Under the pieces are notes generated by a model, which saw only the letters and a list, made by a program, of their open reading frames with translations, had not been told where the DNA came from and did not search any database. Positions 9,753 to 19,076 of a DNA stretch of 64,000 bases are shown in pieces. Origin of the DNA: Myxococcota bacterium (GTDB taxonomy: Bacteria; Myxococcota_A; UBA9160; UBA6930); NCBI GenBank assembly GCA_965223705.1, contig OZ245015.1, positions 1,920,001 through 1,984,000 of the forward strand, given 5' to 3'. The translations under genes were made by a program, and so were the position numbers. The stretch's first letter is position 1, and each line of letters opens with the position of its first letter.

Positions 9753-9829
9753 GCCGATTCTCTGGGATTTCGACGCTCGGGCTCTGCCCTCGGCGCTGGC
9801 CCCAACTAAATAACTGACTTGAGGAATGC

Positions 9830-10990
9830 ATGTCCAACCCGAACGTCTTTACTTCTGAATCGGTCTCGATGGGCCACCCCGACAAGATGTGCGACCAGGT
9901 CTCCGACGCGATCTTGGACGCGATGCTCGCCGAGGATCCGAACTCCCGAGTCGCCTGCGAGACCGCTACGACGACGGGGCTCATCTTGGTCGCTGGAGAG
10001 GTCACGACGGCCGCGCAGGTCGACATCCCGACGACGGTGCGCCAGGTCGTGCACGACATCGGTTACACCGATTCGTCGATGGGTTTCGATGCGGTGACCT
10101 GCGCCGTGACGGTCGCACTCGGCAAGCAGTCCCCCGACATCTCCCAAGGTGTGAGCGAAGGCGAAGGGCTCCATAAAGAGCAGGGCGCCGGCGATCAGGG
10201 AATGATGTTCGGTTACGCCTGTGACGAGACGCCGGAGCTCATGCCGGCGCCGATCCGGCTGTCACACCGATTGATCGAGGCGCATCGCGAGCGGTTCGAA
10301 TCGGGCGAGCTCGAGTATCTGCGTCCCGATGCCAAGTCTCAAGTCACCATCGAATACGACGGCATGAAGCCGAAGCGCGTGAGCGCCGTTGTCCTGTCGA
10401 CGCAGCACAGCCCGGACGTCTCCTACGACCAGCTGCGCAAGGACGTGATCGATCAGATCATCCGCCCGACGCTGCCCGCCGAGCTTCTCGACAGCGACAC
10501 CATCTTTCACATCAACCCGACCGGTCGCTTCGTGGTCGGCGGCCCGATGGGCGACGCGGGTCTGACGGGCCGCAAGATCATCGTCGACACGTACGGCGGC
10601 ATGGGACGTCACGGCGGAGGCGCGTTCTCCGGCAAGGATCCCTCCAAGGTCGACCGGAGCGCGGCTTACGCGGCACGCTGGGTCGCCAAGAACATCGTGC
10701 GCTCCGGGTTGGCTTCGCGTTGCGAAGTGCAGCTCGCCTATGCGATCGGCGTCGCCGAACCCGTTTCGATTCGCGTCGAAAGCTTTGGAACGAGCTCCGT
10801 CGACGAAGCGAAGCTCGCCCAGATCGTCCGCAAGCACTTCGACCTGACGCCGCGCGGGATCATCGATGGCCTGTCGCTCATGCGACCCATCTACCGCGCG
10901 ACGTCCTACCACGGTCACTTCGGCCGCGAAGACCAGGGCTTTCCCTGGGAAGAAACCGACCGCGCCGAGGCGATCGCCCGAGAAGCCTGA
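9830..10990 (+). CDS. metK: S-adenosylmethionine synthetase
   Basis: [35 protein letters not shown]. Confidence 0.98.
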   Translation: MSNPNVFTSESVSMGHPDKMCDQVSDAILDAMLAEDPNSRVACETATTTGLILVAGEVTTAAQVDIPTTVRQVVHDIGYTDSSMGFDAVTCAVTVALGKQSPDISQGVSEGEGLHKEQGAGDQGMMFGYACDETPELMPAPIRLSHRLIEAHRERFESGELEYLRPDAKSQVTIEYDGMKPKRVSAVVLSTQHSPDVSYDQLRKDVIDQIIRPTLPAELLDSDTIFHINPTGRFVVGGPMGDAGLTGRKIIVDTYGGMGRHGGGAFSGKDPSKVDRSAAYAARWVAKNIVRSGLASRCEVQLAYAIGVAEPVSIRVESFGTSSVDEAKLAQIVRKHFDLTPRGIIDGLSLMRPIYRATSYHGHFGREDQGFPWEETDRAEAIAREA

Positions 10991-11016
10991 GCGCGGAAAT
11001 CGGCGCAGCGGCGTTC

Positions 11017-11044
11017 TTGACCCGCGGGACACGGGGGCTATACC
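11017..11044 (+). promoter_or_regulatory. Putative sigma70 promoter for yajC-secDF
   Basis: TTGACC-N16-TATACC between metK and yajC. Confidence 0.4.
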
Positions 11045-11095
11045 ACCGCTCCCGGGGCCCGTGAAGCGTGGGTCCGGAGGGGGAGGGCCGCGAGC

Positions 11096-11443
11096 GTGTC
11101 ATTCGCATGGCTGGGGTCATTGTCACCCGTTTTGCTGCAGGCGCCGGCCGGGGGGAGTCCGCTCGGCGCGCTCTTCCCGATTGCGGCCATCATGGTCATT
11201 TTCTACCTGCTGATTATCCGCCCCCAGCAGAAGCGCCAGAACGAGCACGAGAAGATGCTCAAGTCGATCGTCAAAGGCGACCGAATCGTCACGTCTGGGG
11301 GGATCCACGGTGAAGTCACCGGTGCTTCGGAAGAGATCCTCACGGTCGAAATCGCCAATATGAAGGGCGAGCGCCTGCGGGTGAAAGTCGACCGCGCACG
11401 CATCGATCGACGCGTGGCGCGCGCGGAGGAAATCGAAGAGTGA
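11096..11443 (+). CDS. yajC: Preprotein translocase subunit YajC
   Basis: FYLLIIRPQQKRQ, GDRIVTSGGIHG; precedes secD. Confidence 0.93.
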   Translation: MSFAWLGSLSPVLLQAPAGGSPLGALFPIAAIMVIFYLLIIRPQQKRQNEHEKMLKSIVKGDRIVTSGGIHGEVTGASEEILTVEIANMKGERLRVKVDRARIDRRVARAEEIEE

Positions 11444-13008
11444 GTCAGCGCTTGCGCCTGGTCTTGGTGGCGGCCCTTATCGCGGTGCTCGGTTATTTCG
11501 CCGCGGCGAACTTCGTGGGGGAAGACGCACGCCAAGGCGATTTTTGGCCGGATTCCGCGATACGACTCGGCCTCGACCTCCGAGGCGGTGTGCACATGGT
11601 GCTCTCCCCGGATCTCGAGATCGCCGTGGGGAACGAGCTCGAACACATCCGAAGCGGCTTGGTCGACGAGCTCGAAGGCGAAGCCGAACTCGCGTCGCGC
11701 GTCGAGGGCGCCCGAGTCATCCTGGAAGCGTCGAGCGAAGCGGGCAGCGACGCTCTCGCGAAAGAACTCGAGGACTACGAGATCGTCCGCGTCGATCGGC
11801 CCGATCCGCAGCGCTTTGAGCTGACCCTCTCCCGCGAGTGGAACGACGAGGTTCGAGAGCGCGCGATGCTCCAGGCGCTCGAGGTCATGCGCCGGCGGAT
11901 CTCCGATCCCGCCACGGGGATCCTGGAGTCGGTCGTCACACGCCAGGGAGACTCGCGCATCCTGGTGCAGATCCCCGGGGTCAGCAAGATCCCCAAGGAG
12001 TTCCTCGAGACCACGGGCTTTCTCGAGTTCAAGATCGTTCGAGACAGCGATTTGAGCGAGGAGCTTCTCCGCGCAAAGTACGAGGACGGCCTGCCCGACG
12101 GCACGGAAATCGGCCTCGAGCTCGATCCCGAATCTCAGGAAGTGACCGCGGCGTACTTGGTGCCGACCGAAGCGGCTCTGACGGGCGCGCTACTCGAAGA
12201 CGCGCGCGTGCAGTTCGACAACCGGCGATCCGAGTGGCAGGTGGCTTTCGCGTGGAATGCCGAGGGTGCGGGGCTCTTCGGCGAGCTCACCGAGGCGAAC
12301 ATCGGAGCTCCGCTGGCGATTATCCTCGACGAGCAGGTCTACAGCGCGCCAATCATCCGCGACCGCATTTCGCGGCAGGGAACCATCTCGGGAAACTTCT
12401 CGTCGGAAGACGCGGCCGCTCTCGCCGTCATCCTGCGGTCCGGAGCGTTGCCGATCCCCGTCATCCTCGAGGAAGAGCGGACCATCGGTCCGGCACTCGG
12501 CGCCGATTCGATCCGTTCGGGTGTCCGCGCGTCGGTGATCGGCATCCTCTTGGTGATGGCGTTTGCCATCGGCTACTACCGGATGTCCGGCGGCTTCGCG
12601 AGCATCGCGTTGGTCGTCAACTTGACGCTCCTCGTCGGGTTGCTCTCGATGTTCGGCGCGACGCTGACCTTGCCCGGGATCGCCGGCCTGGTGCTGACCG
12701 TCGGCATGGCCGTCGACGCGAACGTCATCATCTTCGAACGGATTCGCGAAGAGTTACGCGACGGGAAGGCGGTCCGCGCCGCGATTTCCACCGGTTTCGA
12801 GAAGGCGCGCTGGACGATTCTCGACGCGAATATCACGACGCTCATCACCGCCATCATTCTCTACGAATACGGGACCGGTCCGATCAAGGGCTTCGCCGTG
12901 ACCCTGTCCGTCGGCATTCTCACGAGCGTGTTCTCGGCGCTGATCGTGACCCGCCTCCTCTATTCGTTCTATCCGGGCCAGCGCAACGTCGCTGAGCTGT
13001 CGATCTGA
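11440..13008 (+). CDS. secD: Protein translocase subunit SecD
   Basis: LGLDLRGG, GALP.P..EERTIGPALG, LTLPGIAG, GMAVDANVIIFERIREE. Confidence 0.96.
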   Translation: MSQRLRLVLVAALIAVLGYFAAANFVGEDARQGDFWPDSAIRLGLDLRGGVHMVLSPDLEIAVGNELEHIRSGLVDELEGEAELASRVEGARVILEASSEAGSDALAKELEDYEIVRVDRPDPQRFELTLSREWNDEVRERAMLQALEVMRRRISDPATGILESVVTRQGDSRILVQIPGVSKIPKEFLETTGFLEFKIVRDSDLSEELLRAKYEDGLPDGTEIGLELDPESQEVTAAYLVPTEAALTGALLEDARVQFDNRRSEWQVAFAWNAEGAGLFGELTEANIGAPLAIILDEQVYSAPIIRDRISRQGTISGNFSSEDAAALAVILRSGALPIPVILEEERTIGPALGADSIRSGVRASVIGILLVMAFAIGYYRMSGGFASIALVVNLTLLVGLLSMFGATLTLPGIAGLVLTVGMAVDANVIIFERIREELRDGKAVRAAISTGFEKARWTILDANITTLITAIILYEYGTGPIKGFAVTLSVGILTSVFSALIVTRLLYSFYPGQRNVAELSI

Positions 13009-13021
13009 GCAGGAGGCTCCG

Positions 13022-14068
13022 TTGCCGTTCCAAATCGTTAAGCCCGGCAGCCACTGGAATTTCCTGGGGAAACGCCGCATTTGCCTGACGATCTCGATCT
13101 CGCTGATCGTCCTGGGCTTGCTGGCGATCCCCGTCCGCGGACTGCGCCTCGGCATCGATTTCGACGGCGGCACCGAGATGCAGCTCCGCTTCGAACCCGG
13201 AAGCGCCATCGACGAGGGCGCGATTCGAGCGGCGGCGGGCGCCGCCGGCGTCGAGAATCCGAGTGTCGTGCGCTACGGCGTCGGAGATCAGAACGATTTC
13301 TTGCTGCGGTTCCGCACGGAACTTCCCGAGGACGCGCTTCCCGACGTGAGCGCGGACGGGGATGACGCCGCGGAAGCAGCGACCGATAGGGCGGATGCTT
13401 CCGCGGAACCTGCGGCCGATACGGCGGACGCCTCCGCGGACAGCGCGGCCGTGGCGCGCCTGGCATTCGTCAAGAGCATCGAGGACGTCATCGCGCGTGA
13501 CGTCGGACCGGTGAGCGTCGAACGCGTCGAATTCGTCGGCCCCAAGGTCGGGCAAGAGTTGCGCAGCGCGGGTCTCAAATCGCTCGGCCTCGCGTGCGTC
13601 CTCATTCTGATCTACATCGCGTTCCGGTTCTCGGCGCGCTTTGCACCCGGTGCGGTGCTCGCCCTCGTCCACGACGTGTTGATCACGTCCGGTCTGTGGG
13701 TGCTCTTCGGCCTCGAGTTCGACTTGCGGGTCCTAGCAGCGCTGCTCGCCATCATCGGTTACAGCCTGAACGACACGATCATCGTGTATGACCGCGTTCG
13801 CGAGAACATGGCGTTGCGAACGACCTACGACCTCGAGGATGTGCTGAACCGGAGCGTCAATCAAACGCTGTCTCGAACGCTCCTCACCTCGATGACAACG
13901 CTGCTGGCACTGCTCTCACTGTACGTGCTCGGCGGCGAGGTGATCCGTCCGTTCGCCCTTGCGATGACCATGGGCATCCTCGTCGGCACGTATTCGTCGG
14001 TCTACGTCGCCGCGCCCGTCCTGCTGTTCCTCGAGTCGCGCTCCGGCGGCCAGAAAGCCGCGGCTTAG
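13022..14068 (+). CDS. secF: Protein translocase subunit SecF (Ala/Asp-rich insertion in periplasmic domain)
   Basis: GIDFDGG, EFVGPKVG, GYSLNDTIIVYDRVREN, GTYSS. Confidence 0.95.
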   Translation: MPFQIVKPGSHWNFLGKRRICLTISISLIVLGLLAIPVRGLRLGIDFDGGTEMQLRFEPGSAIDEGAIRAAAGAAGVENPSVVRYGVGDQNDFLLRFRTELPEDALPDVSADGDDAAEAATDRADASAEPAADTADASADSAAVARLAFVKSIEDVIARDVGPVSVERVEFVGPKVGQELRSAGLKSLGLACVLILIYIAFRFSARFAPGAVLALVHDVLITSGLWVLFGLEFDLRVLAALLAIIGYSLNDTIIVYDRVRENMALRTTYDLEDVLNRSVNQTLSRTLLTSMTTLLALLSLYVLGGEVIRPFALAMTMGILVGTYSSVYVAAPVLLFLESRSGGQKAAA

Positions 14069-14102
14069 CCCTCAAAGTGCCCGTTCTCGGCGTTTTGAGA
14101 AC

Positions 14103-14648
14103 CTAAGCGGCGTCGACGGCCGCTTTCGGAGTGATCGCCTTCGTCGCCGCCGCCGGCTGATCGCCCATATCGACGGAACCGTTCAGGCGAGCGCCTTCTT
14201 GGATCACGAGACGCGGACCGCGGACATCCCCCTCGACGAGACCCGTGGCCTGGATTTCGACGCGCTCGACGGCGCTGACGTTGCCTGAGACCGTGCCCAC
14301 GACGATGACGGACTTGGCGTGCACATCCGCGCGTACTTTCCCCTCGGCGCCGATCGTCAACTCGTTGTTGGGGAGGTCCACTTTGCCCTCAACTGTGCCC
14401 TCGATCACCAAATCTTCATTGCCGGTGAGGTCGCCCTTAATCGAGATCGACTTACCGATATTCGCCATTCCACCTTCTCCTTCGCGCGGGCGAGCTGTGA
14501 GATCGAGCCGCGACCCTGGTTTCGACTGGGAACTTGCCTTCGGAGCGTCTTCCGAACGCTGCTCCCCGCTACGTGAAGTCACCTGGGCTTCCGACTCGCG
14601 CTGGCGTGTTTCGTCCGGCTCGTGCTGGTTTTTCCCGAAGATGCTCAC
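14103..14648 (-). CDS. Bactofilin (polymer-forming cytoskeletal protein)
   Basis: IGKSISIKGDLTGNEDLVIEGTVEG...G.V.GNV.A.ERVEI..TG.V.GD beta-helix repeats. Confidence 0.92.
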   Translation of the reverse strand: MSIFGKNQHEPDETRQRESEAQVTSRSGEQRSEDAPKASSQSKPGSRLDLTARPREGEGGMANIGKSISIKGDLTGNEDLVIEGTVEGKVDLPNNELTIGAEGKVRADVHAKSVIVVGTVSGNVSAVERVEIQATGLVEGDVRGPRLVIQEGARLNGSVDMGDQPAAATKAITPKAAVDAA

Positions 14649-14677
14649 GAGGACCTCCCTTGTCCCGTCGCCGAAGC

Positions 14678-16324
14678 TTATCGTAGCCCCCGCGCGGCTT
14701 CGATCGAGATCTTTCGATCTTCTAACAGGGTTCCCTGTGCGGTGTCCAGTCGCGCGATCGCTTCGCGATAACGTTGTAGCGCAGCGATCCGTTGACTCTC
14801 CGCCTCGACCAGATCGCGCTCCCGTTGCAATACCTCAAACGGCGTGGACTCGCCGTACTCGAGACGGACGCGCTCGGCGTTCAACTGTTCGTCGGCGGCG
14901 GCGCGCCGACGCTCGGCGGCTTCGATTCCCTTCCGCGACGACAAGAGGTCCCGCACCGCGACGCGCGCCTCGAGAATGATGCTTTGTTCGGTGCGCTTCA
15001 GGCGTGTCCGCGCGCGTCGCAGCTCGAGCTCTCTCGCGCGCGCGTCGGAAAGCGCACGGACATTGCCGAGGGGTACAGACAGATTCGCTCGGAGAGACCA
15101 ACTCCGCGCGCCGCTCGCATCGAAGAGGTCGTCATCGGCGTCGCCAAAGTCGCGATCGATCAAAAGCGGTGCGGGCGGGTCGGGCATCCCGTCGCCGTCG
15201 ATGTCGCGCGGAATGATGAGGCGGTTCGAATTCTCTTGCCCCGCGAGCCCGGCGAACCCGTAGCGACCGACCAAGTCGAGCTCCGGAAGCCGTTGGTTCT
15301 TCGCGAACTGCACGCGCAGCTCTTCCTGTTCGACCTGCTGGCGCGCCGTCGCGAGCTCCGGGCGCCGCGAAAACGCGCGCGCTGTGATCGCCTCGAGGTC
15401 GACTTCGTATTCCGTGACCTCGGGCTTGTCGACGGGCCGGATCAACACGTTCGACGTCGGCGTGAGGCGCGGCCCGAAGACGCGATCGACGAGGTCGTCC
15501 TGTGCGTTGAAGAAGGCGTTCTCCGCGACGATGCGGTTGACTTCGCGCTCGGCGACACCGGCTTCGGATTCCGTGACTTCGACTTTCGAAACCGTGCCCA
15601 CTTCGTATTGCGCCTCGGTGAGATCGCGCAGGGCGATCGACGTGTCGAGGCTCTTCTCGGCGACGCGCAGGTTTTCTTCCGAGGAGACGAGGGCCCAGTA
15701 ACTGAGCTCGATGTCCCGCACCGCTTCGATCAGCCGCGCGCGGAAATCCTCGACGGCGCTCTCCTCGCGGAGACCCGACAAGCGCACCTCGATCCACGGT
15801 TCGTTGACCAGGAAGTTCCGAAGAAGGGGGACTTCGGCGCTGGCGCTCAGCGTCGAGCGGTAACGGGGGGACAGGGATTCGATCGACGAGTTCGTTTCGA
15901 GGGACTCTCCGACGTACCCGATTTCCCAGTTTCCGCCGAGTCGAGGGAACAGACCGCGGATTCCCGCGCCGCCTTCGAGGCGTCGCTCACCGAGGATGTT
16001 GTCGCTCTGAAGCGAGCTCGCCACCGGCGTCTCATCGCTCCGATACCCGTAGTTGGCGAAGACCTCCGGGTCGTACACGCCGAGGGCGGACGTTCGCGCC
16101 TCGCTCGCGATCAGCGGAGCGTGGCGTTCGATCTCGACGTCGAGGTTGTTTTCGACCCCGCGGGCGATCGCCTCGAGGAGCGTCAGGGGAACCTCTTCGC
16201 CGCTTTGCGAAGTGAGCACGGCGGCGGCCTTGTCGTCGGCTTCCACCGACTGCGACGGTGCGGCGAACGCGAGGCACGAGAGTAGGGCCCACGCTCGCAG
16301 CCGTCGCTGCGAAACCATCTGCAT
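14678..16324 (-). CDS. TolC-family outer membrane channel
   Basis: Signal peptide, LTLLEAIARGVENN, two OEP repeats (YEVGTVSKVEV; YGESTPFEV), LPELDL. Confidence 0.88.
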   Translation of the reverse strand: MQMVSQRRLRAWALLSCLAFAAPSQSVEADDKAAAVLTSQSGEEVPLTLLEAIARGVENNLDVEIERHAPLIASEARTSALGVYDPEVFANYGYRSDETPVASSLQSDNILGERRLEGGAGIRGLFPRLGGNWEIGYVGESLETNSSIESLSPRYRSTLSASAEVPLLRNFLVNEPWIEVRLSGLREESAVEDFRARLIEAVRDIELSYWALVSSEENLRVAEKSLDTSIALRDLTEAQYEVGTVSKVEVTESEAGVAEREVNRIVAENAFFNAQDDLVDRVFGPRLTPTSNVLIRPVDKPEVTEYEVDLEAITARAFSRRPELATARQQVEQEELRVQFAKNQRLPELDLVGRYGFAGLAGQENSNRLIIPRDIDGDGMPDPPAPLLIDRDFGDADDDLFDASGARSWSLRANLSVPLGNVRALSDARARELELRRARTRLKRTEQSIILEARVAVRDLLSSRKGIEAAERRRAAADEQLNAERVRLEYGESTPFEVLQRERDLVEAESQRIAALQRYREAIARLDTAQGTLLEDRKISIEAARGLR

Positions 16325-16407
16325 CCTGGAAACCTCCGTTTCGGATTTAGCGGCACCGAGGAGAGGATGCCACGCTCCGTCGGCGGCCTCGGCTATTCTC
16401 GTCGGCT

Positions 16408-17130
16408 ATGGGGGCACGTGATCAGCGTGTGGCGGCCATCGTCGTCGGAGGCGGTGCGGGAACTCGGCTCGTCGAGAGCTCGGGAGAGGCACAGCTGCCG
16501 CCGAAAGCGCTGGTTTCCGTTGCGGGTCGTCCCCTGATCTCGTGGTCGCTCCGGGCGTTGCTCGCGTCAAGAACCGTAATGTCGGTTCTTCCCGTGCTTC
16601 CCGCGGAGTCGCTCGGCGCGTGGGCGGAGATCGCTTCGGAGTTCTCATCGCTGCCCGGGTTGTCGACACCGGTCGCGGGCGGCGGGACGCGACAGGAATC
16701 CGTGGCCGCCGGCCTCGCTGCGCTCTCACCCGGAGCGGCGTACGTCGCCGTTCACGACGCGGCGCGGCCGCTCATAGCGCCCGACGCGATCGATCGCGTC
16801 GTCGAAACTGCGCTCGCGCACGGCGCAGCCATCCTCGCGGCTCCGGTGTCGGATACGATCAAGCTCGTGTCCGAAGGCGCGATCGCTTCGACGCCGCCTC
16901 GGCCCCATTGCTACGCCGCACAGACGCCTCAAGTCTTTCGGGTGGATTGGCTGCGCGAAGCGCACGAGAAAGCCGCCGCAGAGGGTTACACGGGAACCGA
17001 CGACGCAGAGCTCGTCGAGCGGCTCGGCGTACCGGTGCGCGTCGTCACGGGAGATCCCCGCAATCGAAAAGTCACCGACGCGGAGGACCTGGCCTGGGTC
17101 GAAGCGCGCCTGCGACAGGGCGCCCCGTGA
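16408..17130 (+). CDS. ispD: 2-C-methyl-D-erythritol 4-phosphate cytidylyltransferase
   Basis: GGGAGTRL..PKA, GGGTRQESV, VHDAARP, AQTPQVF, TDDA, NRKVT. Confidence 0.95.
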   Translation: MGARDQRVAAIVVGGGAGTRLVESSGEAQLPPKALVSVAGRPLISWSLRALLASRTVMSVLPVLPAESLGAWAEIASEFSSLPGLSTPVAGGGTRQESVAAGLAALSPGAAYVAVHDAARPLIAPDAIDRVVETALAHGAAILAAPVSDTIKLVSEGAIASTPPRPHCYAAQTPQVFRVDWLREAHEKAAAEGYTGTDDAELVERLGVPVRVVTGDPRNRKVTDAEDLAWVEARLRQGAP

Positions 17131-17618
17131 GGATCGGCCACGGCTTCGATGTCCACGCGTTGGCAGAGGGCCGCGATCTCTATTTGGGCGGGCAGTTCGT
17201 CCCCTGCGATCGCGGCCTCGAAGGTCACTCCGACGGCGACGTGCTCCTCCACGCCGTGGCTTCGGCGATGCTCGGGGCGCTCGGGGAAGGCGACCTCGGC
17301 ACTCACTTTCCTTCGAGCGACCCGAAGCTCGCCGGGATTTCGAGTCGGGACATCCTCGACGATGTCTTGACGAAAGCTTCTCAGGCGGGGTTTGTGCTCT
17401 CCAACGCGGATACGACGGTGATTGCGCAGGAACCGCGGCTCGCGCCGTACCGCGATGGTATAACCACCTCCCTCGCCGACGCGCTCGGCGTGGATCGCGA
17501 CCGGGTCAACGTCAAGGTGACGAGCACCGATCACTTGGGCGCGATCGGCCGCGGTGAGGGCATCGCGGCCCACGCGGTGGTGCTTCTCGTTCCCAGAACC
17601 CGAGGATTGGGCTCTTGA
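17127..17618 (+). CDS. ispF: 2-C-methyl-D-erythritol 2,4-cyclodiphosphate synthase
   Basis: RIGHGFDVH, GHSDGDVLLHA, GDLGTHFP, GRGEGIAA; GTG overlaps the ispD stop. Confidence 0.95.
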   Translation: MRIGHGFDVHALAEGRDLYLGGQFVPCDRGLEGHSDGDVLLHAVASAMLGALGEGDLGTHFPSSDPKLAGISSRDILDDVLTKASQAGFVLSNADTTVIAQEPRLAPYRDGITTSLADALGVDRDRVNVKVTSTDHLGAIGRGEGIAAHAVVLLVPRTRGLGS

Positions 17619-19018
17619 CGCTCACGCTCTACAACACGCGGACCCGGCAGAAGGAGCCGTTCACGCCCCTCGAACCCGGCTGCGTCGGGGTCTATTCATG
17701 CGGACCGACGGTGTATTCCGCGCAACACATCGGAAACATGCGCCCTTACATGTTCGCGGATCTCCTCTGTCGGGCCCTCGAGGGCGAGGGACTTAGCGTC
17801 ACCCATGTTGTCAATATCACCGACGTCGGGCACCTGACCGACGACGCCGATGCCGGTGACGACAAAATGGAAGTCGCAGCGAAAACTGCGGGCAAGCGGG
17901 CCTCCGACATCGCCGAGGAGTACACCGCCCAGTGGCTGAACGACCGCCGACGCCTGAATTGCCGGGATCCCGACGTGCTGTGCAAGGCCACCGACCATAT
18001 TGCCGAGCAAGTCGAGCTTGCACTCGAGCTCGAGCGTCGCGGCTTCACGTACCGCATCGAGGACGGGATTTACTTCGACGTGGCGAAGTTTCCCCGCTAC
18101 GCCGAGTTCGCGGGCCTCGACCTCGAGCAGGGGGGCGAAGCTCGGATCGAAGGCGTCGCCGGGAAGCGTCACTTCGCGGATTTCGCCCTGTGGAAGTTCG
18201 CGGCGCCGGGCGTGGTGCGGCAGCAGGAATGGGATTCGCCGTGGGGGCGCGGCTTCCCGGGTTGGCACCTCGAGTGTTCGGCGATGAGCACGAAATTTCT
18301 GGGCCAGCGGTTCGATATCCACACCGGCGGTGTCGATCACATCAAGGTCCACCACACCAATGAGATCGCGCAGAGCGAAGCGGCTTTCGGGACGCACCCG
18401 TGGGTCGGTGTGTGGATGCACAACGAGTTTCTCGATTTTCGCGGCGAGAAGATGTCGAAGTCGCTCGGCAACATCTACGTGCTCGACGATCTGGTGGAGC
18501 GCGGCTTTCATCCGCTCGGCTACCGCTACTTCTTCCTGCAAGCGCACTACCGGCGTCAGCAGACGTTTACCGACGAGGCCATGGAAGCGGCGGATCGCGG
18601 CTATCGGCGGCTCCGCACGGCGACGTCGGAGCTGCGGGAGGCGTCCGGAGCACCCGACGACGCGGCCGTCGAGCAACATGCGAAGACGTTTCGGGGATTC
18701 GTCGCGGATGACCTCAACGCGCCGCGTGCGCTCGCGCTGGCGATCGAGGTCGCGCGAGACGGGACCCTCGAACCCGCGACACGCCGGGCACTCATCGAGC
18801 GGTTCGATTCCTGGCTGGGTCTCGACCTCCTCGAGGGGCCCCTTCCGGAGGAGGCAGCGGAAAGCGATCCTCGGATCGACGCCTTGGTTGCGGAGCGTGA
18901 CGCCGCGCGGGCGGCGAAGGATTTCGCCCGGGCGGACGAGATCCGCGACCTCCTGGCGGAGGAAGGGATTACCATTGCCGACTCACCGGCCGGCACGGTC
19001 TGGAAGCGCGAATCATGA
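17615..19018 (+). CDS. cysS: Cysteine-tRNA ligase
   Basis: [39 protein letters not shown] anticodon domain. Confidence 0.96.
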   Translation: MTLTLYNTRTRQKEPFTPLEPGCVGVYSCGPTVYSAQHIGNMRPYMFADLLCRALEGEGLSVTHVVNITDVGHLTDDADAGDDKMEVAAKTAGKRASDIAEEYTAQWLNDRRRLNCRDPDVLCKATDHIAEQVELALELERRGFTYRIEDGIYFDVAKFPRYAEFAGLDLEQGGEARIEGVAGKRHFADFALWKFAAPGVVRQQEWDSPWGRGFPGWHLECSAMSTKFLGQRFDIHTGGVDHIKVHHTNEIAQSEAAFGTHPWVGVWMHNEFLDFRGEKMSKSLGNIYVLDDLVERGFHPLGYRYFFLQAHYRRQQTFTDEAMEAADRGYRRLRTATSELREASGAPDDAAVEQHAKTFRGFVADDLNAPRALALAIEVARDGTLEPATRRALIERFDSWLGLDLLEGPLPEEAAESDPRIDALVAERDAARAAKDFARADEIRDLLAEEGITIADSPAGTVWKRES

Positions 19019-19076
19019 GTGGCGTCGGACACGCTCTCTGGAAGCGCGAATCATGAGTGGCGTCGGACACGCTCTC
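18999..19076 (+). repeat. Perfect 38-bp tandem duplication at cysS/uvrB junction
   Basis: TCTGGAAGCGCGAATCATGAGTGGCGTCGGACACGCTC at 18999-19036 and 19037-19074, plus TC. Confidence 0.95.

Noticed and set aside
9753..9816. Resemblance to the tmRNA 5' end (GATTC..GGATTTCGACG) and to the AAATAACTG sequence preceding the tag
   Set aside because: The gap is only 77 nt, with no tag ORF and no tRNA-like 3' end.
13330..13450. Ala/Asp-rich insertion in SecF
   Set aside because: In-frame low-complexity linker with no repeat unit or intein motifs.
18330..19052. 917-aa ORF suggesting an N-terminally extended UvrB
   Set aside because: The extension overlaps cysS in another frame and is Arg/Ser-rich noise; UvrB homology starts after ATG 19053.
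18999..19076. 38-bp repeat as a CRISPR array
   Set aside because: Only two adjacent copies, no spacer and no cas genes.
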